DNA of 64,000 nucleotides from Methylophaga sp. (GTDB lineage: Bacteria > Pseudomonadota > Gammaproteobacteria > Nitrosococcales > Methylophagaceae): NCBI GenBank assembly GCA_965659475.1, contig CBFHWI010000005.1, positions 801 through 64,800 of the forward strand, written 5' to 3'. The stretch's first letter is position 1; each line of letters begins with the position of its first letter. Under the pieces are notes generated by a model. The model ran no database searches and had not been told where the DNA came from. It saw only the letters and a list, made by a program, of their open reading frames with translations. Made by a program: the position numbers and the translations under genes. Below are positions 7,609 through 17,154 of the stretch, piece by piece.

Positions 7609-9531
7609 TTAAGTTATGGTTTCAGTTAAACGCTGATAAAAATCAGTCACAACTTTAATATCCTGAGTGATCGGCATCGCCGGTAAGCTGCGCAAAAATA
7701 CTTTGCCATACGGTTTGGTTAAAAATCGTGGATCGCACAAAACCAAAACGCCAAAATCAGCTTTATCGCGGATTAACCGGCCTATCCCCTGCTTTAGCTG
7801 AATAACTGCCGACGGGATCTGAATACTTCGAAACGGGTTACCGCCCCGGTTTCGTAAGCTATTGATACGTGCTTCCAACACTGGATCGCCGGGCGATGCA
7901 AAAGGAATTTTGTCGATTAACACGCAGCGCAGCGCTTCCCCCCGAACATCAACACCTTCCCAAAAGCTATTGGTACCCAGCAGCACAGCATTGCCATGTT
8001 CACGAAAAGCATCCAGCAACTGCGCTTTGCCACCACTGCCCTGCACCATTAACGGATATTCAGAATCAGCCAGCAATTCAGCGACTTCGTGCAGGGTCTT
8101 ATAGCTGGTAAATAATAAAAATGTCCGGCCCTCACTGAGCTTAATCATTTCGCGGGCAATATCGGCAATATGCTGGCTGTAAGCCCGATCCGACGGTTCA
8201 ACTGGGATCAAAGGCATATACAATAAGCTTTGCTGCTGATAATCAAACGGACTGTCCCAGCGCGCGGTATCGGCATCAAAAATGCCTAGTTGCTGGCAAA
8301 AGTGATTAAATTGCCCGGCAACGGTTAATGTCGCTGAGGTGAAGATCCAGGCGGCGGGTTTTTCTTCTAGCCAACTTTGAAAATGGCCACTGATTTCAAA
8401 TGGCGTGGCATGCAAAATAAACCCTGACGGCCGGTTATCCAGCCATAAGACCAGATTGTCATCACTGTGGCTGTCAAAAAACAAATCCAGTAAATTCAAT
8501 AAGTTTTCGGCGCGTTGCTGGCATTGTTTCAGGCCCTGGCTGCGTTCTGCAGCGAGTTTGAGGGTTTCATTGAGTGTATCCAGCCGATCCATAACCTGAG
8601 CGTATTCGTCGTGAATGCCTTTATCGGCAATAAACTGCTGCCAGGGACTGCGTTGTTCCTGATTGCCGATTAAAATCCGCAAGCGTTGCAAACAACTTAA
8701 TAATTGTTCGGCCTGTTCACTGATAGCCGGCATATCGGCAGCGGCCGACTGCATTTCCTGACTGGCATCACGACAGAGTTCTATGATTTGATGACTGCTG
8801 ACGCGGTGTCCCAAAAACTGGCCGGCAATTGCTGGCAATTGGTGCGCTTCATCAATGATAAACGCATCGGCATTTGGTAATACTTCACCCTGCCCCGCTG
8901 TTTTCAGGGCAAAATCTGACATCAGCAAATGATGGTTAATCACCACCAAATCGGCTTCCTGGGCCCGGCGGCGCGCTTCAACAATAAAACAATCCTGATA
9001 TTCAGGGCATTGCTGCCCGAGGCAGTTTTCTATTGTTGATGTCACCCGCGGCCATAGAGCACCGGCATCATCCAGCATGCTGGTTTCACTTAAATCACCA
9101 TTATCCGTTTGCTTGGACCAGTTACGTAAATCCTGTAACAACGACCGTTGATACAGCAATGCATCATCTTGCTCAGCGAGTCCCAGCCGGTGATGACACA
9201 AATAATTACTACGGCCTTTTAGTACCGATGCCTGAAACGGCACGCCCAGCGCTTTACGCAACATCGGTAAATCTCGGTTAAACAATTGATCCTGCAGATT
9301 TTTGGTGCCGGTAGAAATAAACACTTTCTGGCCAGATAAAATGGCTGGCGCCAGATAAGCAAAGGTTTTGCCGGTACCGGTGCCAGCTTCGGCAACGAGA
9401 ATCGTGCCATTTTGCAATGTCTGGCCAACTTTTTCGGCCATTTGCTGTTGGGCTTCACGGGGCTGAAAGCCATCAATTTGTGTTGCCAGTAAACCGCCTT
9501 CAGCAAATACCGCCTGTAAATCGTCTTGCAT
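7609..9531 (-). CDS. yoaA: ATP-dependent DNA helicase, DinG/YoaA family
   Basis: EAGTGTGKT, KGRSNYLC, Fe-S cysteines, DEAH, FWEGVDV, QGIGRLIR; ATG 9531 overlaps the upstream stop codon. Confidence 0.9.
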   Translation of the reverse strand: MQDDLQAVFAEGGLLATQIDGFQPREAQQQMAEKVGQTLQNGTILVAEAGTGTGKTFAYLAPAILSGQKVFISTGTKNLQDQLFNRDLPMLRKALGVPFQASVLKGRSNYLCHHRLGLAEQDDALLYQRSLLQDLRNWSKQTDNGDLSETSMLDDAGALWPRVTSTIENCLGQQCPEYQDCFIVEARRRAQEADLVVINHHLLMSDFALKTAGQGEVLPNADAFIIDEAHQLPAIAGQFLGHRVSSHQIIELCRDASQEMQSAAADMPAISEQAEQLLSCLQRLRILIGNQEQRSPWQQFIADKGIHDEYAQVMDRLDTLNETLKLAAERSQGLKQCQQRAENLLNLLDLFFDSHSDDNLVLWLDNRPSGFILHATPFEISGHFQSWLEEKPAAWIFTSATLTVAGQFNHFCQQLGIFDADTARWDSPFDYQQQSLLYMPLIPVEPSDRAYSQHIADIAREMIKLSEGRTFLLFTSYKTLHEVAELLADSEYPLMVQGSGGKAQLLDAFREHGNAVLLGTNSFWEGVDVRGEALRCVLIDKIPFASPGDPVLEARINSLRNRGGNPFRSIQIPSAVIQLKQGIGRLIRDKADFGVLVLCDPRFLTKPYGKVFLRSLPAMPITQDIKVVTDFYQRLTETIT

Positions 9532-10427
9532 TACCATCCTTGTCGTAAATTCATCGCCCAAATCCATAGACTGCCACTAATTAAAAAGCCCGCCAGCGCC
9601 AGATAAAACTGCCATTGATAGTGACGGATTAATCGTTGTTCTGGCAATGCCGATAAAATATAAGGCTTGCGGTGTGGACCTTTGCCAAGCACATGAATAG
9701 CGTCGGTTGACTGACTCATTTGTTGCTGGCGCACATGTGCATTTGCATCGGTAACGGCCTGTTGCCATTCCTGTTCACTGATATCGCCATCTTTATCCTG
9801 GTCATAGCGTTGAAGCAAAGCCTGAAAATCCTGTTTCCATTCTCGCAACAGTAAACTGACTTGTTCTCGCATTAATTGTTGGCTGGTCGTTTGCACACTG
9901 TTGAACCAGCCCAGTGCATACAATGGCTGGCCGGCTGATACAAAACATTCCCGATAACGGCGATCCGCATTGAGTTTATCCCGCCAGGCACGTTTTTCGG
10001 CATGCAAAATATCAGCGTCATCTGGGTCTACGACACAAACACCAGTGTCATCACGCAGATAAAACAAACCATCACTGCGATAGCGTTGTACTAACTCCCA
10101 GCGTGTGCGTTGACGTTTGCCATCAAAATAGGTTTTCTTTTGTTCGACAACGTATTCAAACCAAACACAATGTCGTCCGGATATCGGCGAGACAATCGGT
10201 GGCCCCGGCATCAATTCGGCACTGCCGTTGAGTTCAACACAACCTTGTGACGCCGAGCGAATTTTGGCGGTTGCCTGGCCGGCAAATAACCGGTGGCGTT
10301 TCAGAGCAATAAATAAGCGGGCAAAACCATAAGCACTGCAGGCCAGCAGAAATAGCGATAACATCCAGAATTCACCGCTATCCAGCGATTTAATGACATC
10401 AGCAAGCGATTCAATTACTTGCTGCAT
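9531..10427 (-). CDS. GIDE(BAM)-domain membrane protein with an EF-hand loop
   Basis: N- and C-terminal TM helices; KIRSASQGCVELNG, FYLRDDTGVCVVDP, PYILS; loop DQDKDGDISEQE. Confidence 0.7.
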   Translation of the reverse strand: MQQVIESLADVIKSLDSGEFWMLSLFLLACSAYGFARLFIALKRHRLFAGQATAKIRSASQGCVELNGSAELMPGPPIVSPISGRHCVWFEYVVEQKKTYFDGKRQRTRWELVQRYRSDGLFYLRDDTGVCVVDPDDADILHAEKRAWRDKLNADRRYRECFVSAGQPLYALGWFNSVQTTSQQLMREQVSLLLREWKQDFQALLQRYDQDKDGDISEQEWQQAVTDANAHVRQQQMSQSTDAIHVLGKGPHRKPYILSALPEQRLIRHYQWQFYLALAGFLISGSLWIWAMNLRQGW

Positions 10428-11003
10428 TTAGCCCTGAAACAACGTTCTGATATCAACGTCAGTGGTTTTGGTCTCGTTAAACTCCAGCAATTCGAAAGCC
10501 TTAAACCGAAACAGGCCGGCAATGATTAAATCCGGAAACTGTTCAATTTGAATATTATTGATATTGACGCTTTCGTTATAAAACTCGCGCCGATCGGCAA
10601 TGGCATTTTCTAGGCCGCTAATGCGCTGTTGTAAATGCTGGAACGATTCATTGGCTTTCAATTCAGGATAGGCTTCGGCAACAGCGAATAAATTACCCAG
10701 TCCCAAACGCATTTCAGTTTCGGCCATGCCCAAGGCACCAATATCACCTTGCGCCTGCGCTTGTGAAACTGCGGTACGTGCCTGCATAACCTTTTCCAGC
10801 GTTTGCTGTTCGTACTGCATATATTGGCGGCAGGTTTCCACCAGTTTGGGTAATTCTTCATGCCGTTGCTTGAGCAATACATCAATATTGGACCAGGCTT
10901 TTTTGACGTTATGTTTTATGGTCACCAGATGGTTAAAAACCACCACTGCATAAACCAGTACCACGGCGATAATCGCCCAGAACACAAATTCGGCAATACT
11001 CAT
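10428..11003 (-). CDS. lemA: LemA family protein
   Basis: N-terminal TM, AWSNIDVLLKQR, AEAYPELKANESF, RREFYNESV, FPDLIIA. Confidence 0.92.
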   Translation of the reverse strand: MSIAEFVFWAIIAVVLVYAVVVFNHLVTIKHNVKKAWSNIDVLLKQRHEELPKLVETCRQYMQYEQQTLEKVMQARTAVSQAQAQGDIGALGMAETEMRLGLGNLFAVAEAYPELKANESFQHLQQRISGLENAIADRREFYNESVNINNIQIEQFPDLIIAGLFRFKAFELLEFNETKTTDVDIRTLFQG

Positions 11004-11024
11004 TACCTTTCTCCTGCTGCGTGG

Positions 11025-11549
11025 TTAACTGACTTGATTATCCCATATTTCGGTTTCATCGCCATGGTCTGCTGTCCAGACCAATTTGCCAATGATTTTA
11101 AATTGTGCGATTGACATGGCGCCACGTTTTTTGCGTTTGCTGTCACGGCCGGAAAGCGCTTCTTCGATATCGATTTTGCTGGCCTGATAAATTTCCAGCG
11201 GCTGATAACTTTCATCAAATAATACCAGGACCACACTATCCCATTCCTGTTGCGGATTTATCTGGCCAATGCGCGGCGTTGAAGACCGGCTTTCATCAGA
11301 TAAAGCCCGACCTTTGATGATAAAACGCTGCCCTTCGCGACTGCCACGGCCGACTGCATCGTAAGCCAGACTGTTATCTTCCAGCAATTGTAAATCCAGT
11401 GCTTTAGCGGCATCAAAACGAGAAATTTCACCGGTAACGGGCAATGTCGTTCCGGTAGTTTGCCGTTAACGGGCGGCCAGCTGACGGGTTTCATGCATCA
11501 GTTTATCAATCGAGTAAATATCGATTCCAGATTTGGCGGCTTCAGTCAT
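11025..11549 (-). pseudogene. Conserved hypothetical (DUF6998/PD-(D/E)xK-like) gene with an in-frame TAA at 11466-11468
   Basis: ATG 11549 reads MTEAAKSGIDIYSIDKLMHETRQLAAR*RQTTGTTLPVTGEISRFDA in frame with ORF 11025..11444. Confidence 0.65.
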
Positions 11550-11567
11550 AGCGGCATTATACACAGC

Positions 11568-11605
11568 AAAAAAAACGATCTGATCGCATATGGCGACCAG
11601 ACCGT
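11568..11605 (-). terminator. Rho-independent terminator after fae
   Basis: Minus strand ACGGTCTGGTCGC-CATAT-GCGATCAGATCGT stem with G-U pairs, ending in a U8 run. Confidence 0.75.
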
Positions 11606-11677
11606 CCAATTTTTGAGGCTGTGAATTAACCTACTAAGTTAAGACCATTGCCTTGGTTGAAAAAATTCCGGAATTTT

Positions 11678-12226
11678 TTATTTTTTAGCATCCAGTTCTT
11701 TTTGATAATACTTGTGCACCAGTTTGTCCTGGTTTTCCAGCAAGTAATCAATGCTTGGTTCGTTATTCATCGCTTTTTCTATCGCGCGACGGGTCGCTTC
11801 ACGATGAATATTAAATAAGGCAACATGATCCAGGTCTTCAATAGTCGTGATGCCCGGATTCAGCCAGACTGACACGATAATGCCCAGATCATTAGCTTTT
11901 TCTTTCGGAATGGTGCCATTACGCACGGCATCTAATACACCATTGGCAATCGCGCCTTGTACGGTGCCCATCAGGATATTGGTGTAGGCAGTCTTTTTAA
12001 CAGTGACTTTACTGACCATGATGGTCGCTGGACGCACCTGCATATCGGTATTCATCAGCGCTAAAACACGAGAGTGACCTTGCACCTGATCGCCCAATAA
12101 GTTTGCAAATGCAGTACCAAATGGACCGTCTAATTCACCGATCACTACTTCAGGTTCAGCAGCGGTCAATGGTGGTCCACCGGCTACCAGGGCTTCACCA
12201 GTACGCATAATAATTCTGTCACTCAT
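11678..12226 (-). CDS. fae: Formaldehyde-activating enzyme family paralog (Fae2/Fae3 type)
   Basis: MRTGEALV, FANLL, RPATIMVSKVTVK, GTVQGAIANGVLDAV, IEKAMNNEP; AGGAG RBS. Confidence 0.85.
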   Translation of the reverse strand: MSDRIIMRTGEALVAGGPPLTAAEPEVVIGELDGPFGTAFANLLGDQVQGHSRVLALMNTDMQVRPATIMVSKVTVKKTAYTNILMGTVQGAIANGVLDAVRNGTIPKEKANDLGIIVSVWLNPGITTIEDLDHVALFNIHREATRRAIEKAMNNEPSIDYLLENQDKLVHKYYQKELDAKK

Positions 12227-12355
12227 AGGGTTGTGCTCCTTTGATTTCTTGGTAAAACGGATGATTATCCCCATCAGTAGCTTGCGTCGCAAGTTTGCAA
12301 GGCTTTATCAGTTGGGCCGAGACCGCTAAACTGCAACCTTTAACGAGGATCCTGA

Positions 12356-12751
12356 ATGAGCAATATACAAACGCATTATGAGCGGATTGGCGGCGAACTA
12401 GGTGTGCGGCAGCTGGTAAAACTTTTTTATCAAATCATGTTGGAAACGCCGCAAACCGATGTCATTCGCAAGTTGCATCCAGAAGATATTCAAAGCAGCG
12501 AAGATAAACTGTTCTGGTTTTTAAGTGGTTGGCTGGGTGGCCCGCAATTGTACGTCGAAAAGTTTGGACATCCCCGTCTGCGGGCGCGACATCTGCCATT
12601 TTCTATTGGTATCGAAGAACGCGACCAGTGGTTATATTGCATGGCACAAGCATTGAAAAAAATGGATTTAGAACCGCTGTTTGCCGAACAATTAATAGCT
12701 TCTTTTGCTCAAACAGCAGACTTTATGCGTAATCGACCGGAATCAACATGA
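12356..12751 (+). CDS. Group II truncated hemoglobin (trHbO)
   Basis: YERIGG, FY, FLSGWLGGPQLY, HPRLRARHLPF, ERDQWL. Confidence 0.92.
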   Translation: MSNIQTHYERIGGELGVRQLVKLFYQIMLETPQTDVIRKLHPEDIQSSEDKLFWFLSGWLGGPQLYVEKFGHPRLRARHLPFSIGIEERDQWLYCMAQALKKMDLEPLFAEQLIASFAQTADFMRNRPEST

Positions 12752-13494
12752 ATATTGGCGCGTTAATTATTGGTGATGAGATCCTCAGTGGCAAACGGCA
12801 GGACAAACACTTTGCCTTTTTAAAGGAGTTGCTGGCTGAACGCGGATTAGAACTGAGTACGGTGTTGATGGTTGGTGATGATCCAAAGCAGTTGGAACGT
12901 TGCCTGCGCTTTTCGATGGCCAGTGATGATTTGGTGTTTAGCTTTGGTGGCATTGGCGCCACACCGGATGATCGCACCCGGCAAACCGTCGCCAAAATTG
13001 CCGGCGTGCCTATTACGCCGCATCCTGAAGCGGTGGCATTAATCGAAAAACGATTTGCCGAAAGCGCCTATCCCAACCGTATTCTGATGGGCTATTTACC
13101 AGAGGGTGCCAATATTATTCCCAATCCAGTAAACCAAGTGCCAGGGTTTAGCTTTGGTCATCATCATTTTATGCCCGGTTTTCCTGAAATGGCCTGGCCA
13201 ATGTGCCGCTGGATTTTGGATAATCTGTATGCCAACTTAAAAAATCAGCGCCCGGCGTATGAAGAAATCATTTTTGTTCGCGGCGGTCGTGAGTCTGATT
13301 TATTAGGGATCATGCAACAACTGGATCGTGATTACCCTGACCTGAAACTTTCCAGCCTACCGCGATTAGCCGAACCGCCTCATATCGAAATGAGCCTGCG
13401 TGGTGAACAGCAACAGGTTCAAGGTGCCATAGCTTTACTGAAAGTAGCGATCATCGCTGCCGGCTTTAATTGGCAGGATCAACTGACCCAGTAA
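12748..13494 (+). CDS. CinA-like molybdopterin-binding (MoCF) domain protein
   Basis: IIGDEILSGKRQD, FGGIGATPDDRT, MPGFPEM. Confidence 0.88.
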   Translation: MNIGALIIGDEILSGKRQDKHFAFLKELLAERGLELSTVLMVGDDPKQLERCLRFSMASDDLVFSFGGIGATPDDRTRQTVAKIAGVPITPHPEAVALIEKRFAESAYPNRILMGYLPEGANIIPNPVNQVPGFSFGHHHFMPGFPEMAWPMCRWILDNLYANLKNQRPAYEEIIFVRGGRESDLLGIMQQLDRDYPDLKLSSLPRLAEPPHIEMSLRGEQQQVQGAIALLKVAIIAAGFNWQDQLTQ

Positions 13495-14393
13495 AACCAA
13501 ATCGGTAACGTCAGCAGACAAACTAAAGTGGTTAAGGTGACTGCTGCCGCATATAAAGTACTGTCAAGTTCGTATTGTTCACAGATAACAAAGCCGAATA
13601 CCATCGTCGGCATCGCAGCAGCTAAAACCACTGTCTGCGCGATTTGTAACGGTAAATCAATGAACTGCGTCAGCGACCAGACAATAGCAGGCGCCAACAG
13701 CAAACTAATCACCACGATTGGCAACAATAAAGGCAGCAGCCGGATATGCAGACTTTGCCAGCGAATACTCATGCCCAGGGCAATCAACATCAATGGCACT
13801 ACCCCACCCGATAATGTCTGCAACGCGTCATGAATAATGGCTGGCCGGTTAACATCAAAAACATTCAGCAAAACGGCAATGGTGACGGCCCACAATGGTG
13901 GGATCCGCAATAAGGCTTTCAGGGGATGCAAATTGACATCTGATGTACCGAAATGCCGGGCCAGCAAAATACCAAACGTCATCAACACCGGCGTACATGC
14001 AAATAAATCGTATTGTAAAATCAGTGAATTCGACCAGCTGCCTAGTGCCTGATCCAATACTGGTAGACCAAGATAGGTAACATTTGGAAATGTCGCCGCC
14101 AGCAATAATGCCCCTGTTTGTTGCCGGTTTACGCTGATAAATTTTAATACCAACCACATCGCCAGCATTGAACCTGCCAACGCGGTCATTGCCACCACTG
14201 AGATTTGCAGAGAATTGACAGACAATTCGGTTTGCCAGATGACATCAATAATCAATGCCGGCAACAGAATATAAAACACCAGATCGGTCAGCGCCCGGCG
14301 ATGTGCCGGTGCTGGAATATGTCTGGGGGCCAATACTTGCCAGACAGCGCCACAGGCAATTAACAGCGCCATTTGGGCTAAAACAGTCAACAT
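13479..14393 (-). CDS. AEC (auxin efflux carrier) family transporter
   Basis: About 10 TM helices; ILLPAL, FPNVTYLGLP, PLMLIALG, AAMPT. Confidence 0.9.
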   Translation of the reverse strand: MLTVLAQMALLIACGAVWQVLAPRHIPAPAHRRALTDLVFYILLPALIIDVIWQTELSVNSLQISVVAMTALAGSMLAMWLVLKFISVNRQQTGALLLAATFPNVTYLGLPVLDQALGSWSNSLILQYDLFACTPVLMTFGILLARHFGTSDVNLHPLKALLRIPPLWAVTIAVLLNVFDVNRPAIIHDALQTLSGGVVPLMLIALGMSIRWQSLHIRLLPLLLPIVVISLLLAPAIVWSLTQFIDLPLQIAQTVVLAAAMPTMVFGFVICEQYELDSTLYAAAVTLTTLVCLLTLPIWFYWVS

Positions 14394-14584
14394 CGGTATA
14401 ACCTGTGGCGATTAATAAACGGTGATCCTAGCAATCGCCCAGTCAAAACAAAAGATTACCTGGTGTAAAGTGCCTTTATCCCTTGCTCTGCAGCAGGTGG
14501 CAGGGTATTGTTGGGGCTTGTGTTGGTAGGTCCTTTTTTGCCAGTTTTTATTGTCGTTTCAATCACCTATCGCGGGGATGTGCT

Positions 14585-16483
14585 ATGTCACTTTCAAAGC
14601 AGTTACTAATTTTGATTACTTTGATCTTTTTAATTGTGTTTGCGGTGAATTTTTCGCTAAGCATGAACAATATTCGTAGCTATTTGCAGGTGGAATCAGA
14701 AATTCATATGCAAGATACGGCGACTTCGCTCGGTTTGTCGCTCAGCCCTCATATGTTGGATGAACAAGATCCGATTCTGCGCACGATGATGAACGCCATT
14801 TTTGATACCGGTTATTATAAAGAAATGCGTCTGCATAACATTGATGGTGAAGAACTGGTCAAGTTAACCAACCCGTCAGAAGTCGAAGGGGTGCCCAACT
14901 GGCTTGTTGAAATGCTGCCATTGAAAACAGCCACAGCGGTGTCGGAAATCAGCTCTGGCTGGAATATCAGCGGCACTTTATCAGTCACCAGCAACCCCGG
15001 TTACGGTTATATAAAACTTTATGAGCAATTTAAATCGACCCTGACATTCTCATTAATAATTTTATTGGGAGCGATTTTATTACTGATCGCCGTATTAAGG
15101 CTGACACTTAAGCCATTGAAAGATATTCAAAAACAAGCCAATGAGATTTCTGCTGGCAACTTTGTCACCATTGATAAAATGCCTTGGACACTGGAAGTTA
15201 AAAATGTCGCCCGGTCAATGAACAGCATGTCAGGCAAAATAGGCGGCATGATTGCCCGTCTTAACAGCAAACTGGAAAATCTAAGTGATAGCCTGAAACG
15301 TGATGCCTTGACCGGCTTATTTAACCAGCAGACTTTTCATGTTGATGTCAAAACGGCTTTGTCAGCAAGCCAAACGGGCCACGTCATTTATCTCAAATTC
15401 GATGATTTGGCGGGCATTGGTCGAGATGAAGGTAAACAAGTTGTTGATCGACTGTTGGTGGATTTTGCCAATATGATTAAACAGCAGGATCGTAGTCCAA
15501 TACAAACTTATCGTTTATATGGCTCTGAGTTTGCCATTCTTTATCCGGACAGCGATCAGCAGACTATCACCGGTTTTGCCAACAAATTGCAAAAAGCTGT
15601 TGCAACGCTTGGTGAGCAGTATGCTGACCCGGATTTGTTGCATATGGGGATTATCGCGTTTGGCCGCAGCAGCGAGTTTGACCGGCTTATACCGGCAGCG
15701 ATCGAGGCCTATGAGCAATCCAAATTGATTGGCGCCAATGCCTACTTTATCAAGCAGGATTCACTCAGCACTATCAGTGACCGGGCCTGGAAGGCTGCTG
15801 TCAGTCAAGCCATTGATAACAATACGCCGGAAATTACCTTTACCAATCAGGCATATAACTACGCCAATGAAGGCCCGGTTCAAGTCATGATGGAAGCCTT
15901 TACCGTGGTGCGTGATGTCGCCGGACAAGAATTGCCGATTGGGACCTTCTTCTCGATGGCTGAGGAATTTGGGTTGGTTGAACAACTGGATCGCACCATT
16001 GTCAGCAAAATATTAGCAACGATGGAACAGCAAAAAGTCAGCACGCCTGTGACCATTAATCTGTCGATGAAATCGGTGGCTTCTAAAGATTTCCAAGACT
16101 GGTTGCGCGATCGGCTACAGCAGTTTGCCTTACCCGTGGAACTGCTGGCGTTTAGTGTCACCGCTTATGCTGCTGCAAAAAATCAACATACCTTTGGTGG
16201 TTTCAGTCTGTTTATCAGGGGGCTGGGGGCCACCACTCTGCTGAAACGCTATAGTAGTGACGTGATCCCGGTGGAACAAATCAAAGACCTGCATATTAAT
16301 TACATTCGTCTTGCCCGCGATTTAACCACGGATATTCGTCAGCACAATAGCAAACCGGATTTCCTTGATATGATTCAGGAAGTTGCCAACTTGCTAGAAA
16401 TCAAAGTGCTTGCTGAAAGTGTCAGTCAAGAAGAAGACTTTGATTATGTGCGCGGTGTCGGCTTATTTGGCATCAGCCGCTAA
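14585..16483 (+). CDS. lapD: LapD-like c-di-GMP receptor (LapD/MoxY periplasmic, HAMP, degenerate GGDEF and EAL)
   Basis: MSLSKQL, QDTATSLGLSL, AIFDTGYY, VPNWL, SSGW; GGDEF replaced by YGSEF; EAL motif degenerate; next to lapG. Confidence 0.85.
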   Translation: MSLSKQLLILITLIFLIVFAVNFSLSMNNIRSYLQVESEIHMQDTATSLGLSLSPHMLDEQDPILRTMMNAIFDTGYYKEMRLHNIDGEELVKLTNPSEVEGVPNWLVEMLPLKTATAVSEISSGWNISGTLSVTSNPGYGYIKLYEQFKSTLTFSLIILLGAILLLIAVLRLTLKPLKDIQKQANEISAGNFVTIDKMPWTLEVKNVARSMNSMSGKIGGMIARLNSKLENLSDSLKRDALTGLFNQQTFHVDVKTALSASQTGHVIYLKFDDLAGIGRDEGKQVVDRLLVDFANMIKQQDRSPIQTYRLYGSEFAILYPDSDQQTITGFANKLQKAVATLGEQYADPDLLHMGIIAFGRSSEFDRLIPAAIEAYEQSKLIGANAYFIKQDSLSTISDRAWKAAVSQAIDNNTPEITFTNQAYNYANEGPVQVMMEAFTVVRDVAGQELPIGTFFSMAEEFGLVEQLDRTIVSKILATMEQQKVSTPVTINLSMKSVASKDFQDWLRDRLQQFALPVELLAFSVTAYAAAKNQHTFGGFSLFIRGLGATTLLKRYSSDVIPVEQIKDLHINYIRLARDLTTDIRQHNSKPDFLDMIQEVANLLEIKVLAESVSQEEDFDYVRGVGLFGISR

Positions 16484-16488
16484 CAATC

Positions 16489-17154
16489 ATGCCTTTGCAT
16501 CGGACATCTCGCTGGTTAACAGCGGCTTTGATAAGCAGTTTAACGCTGCTATCCTGGCCGCTGTGGGCCGATCTGGATTTTTCCGAAGCATTTTTAGCAC
16601 GAATTGAAGCCAAACATGATCACTTTGCCCGTCAGCGCTTTGAAGACTGGCAAGCACTTATTGAAGACTCCAAACAACTGCCCGAAAAAGAAAAGCTGGA
16701 GGTTGTTAATAGATTTTTTAACAGCAATGTACAGTTTATTGACGACATTTTATTGTGGGGCAAAGAGGATTACTGGGCGACGCCGGCTGAAATGTTAGCG
16801 ATTGGTGCCGGCGATTGTGAAGATTATTCCATTGCCAAATATTTCACGCTCAAAGCACTCGGTGTGGATGAAGACAAGTTACGTATCACCTACGTAAAAG
16901 CGGTTGAACTCGATCAGGCACATATGGTTTTAACCTATTATGAAACCAACCGTTCCGTGCCACTGGTATTGGATAACTTGATTACTGAAATTGAATCTGC
17001 CAACCGGCGCAATGATTTAGTGCCGGTTTATAGTTTTAATGGTGCCGGTTTATGGCTGGCTAAATCGCGTGGTGAAGGCCAGCGGGTTGGCGACGCTTCA
17101 CGTTTATCGTTATGGCAGGATCTGGAACAACGTATGCGATCGGGTCAGTTTTAA
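16489..17154 (+). CDS. lapG: LapG-like periplasmic transglutaminase-like cysteine protease
   Basis: DYWATP, GDCEDYSIAKY, AHMVL, LVLDNL, LVPVYSFN. Confidence 0.9.
   Translation: MPLHRTSRWLTAALISSLTLLSWPLWADLDFSEAFLARIEAKHDHFARQRFEDWQALIEDSKQLPEKEKLEVVNRFFNSNVQFIDDILLWGKEDYWATPAEMLAIGAGDCEDYSIAKYFTLKALGVDEDKLRITYVKAVELDQAHMVLTYYETNRSVPLVLDNLITEIESANRRNDLVPVYSFNGAGLWLAKSRGEGQRVGDASRLSLWQDLEQRMRSGQF

Noticed and set aside
9768-9803. Lanmodulin-type lanthanide site
   Set aside because: Only one EF loop, with Gln rather than Pro at position 2 and Ser at position 9; fits an ordinary Ca2+ loop
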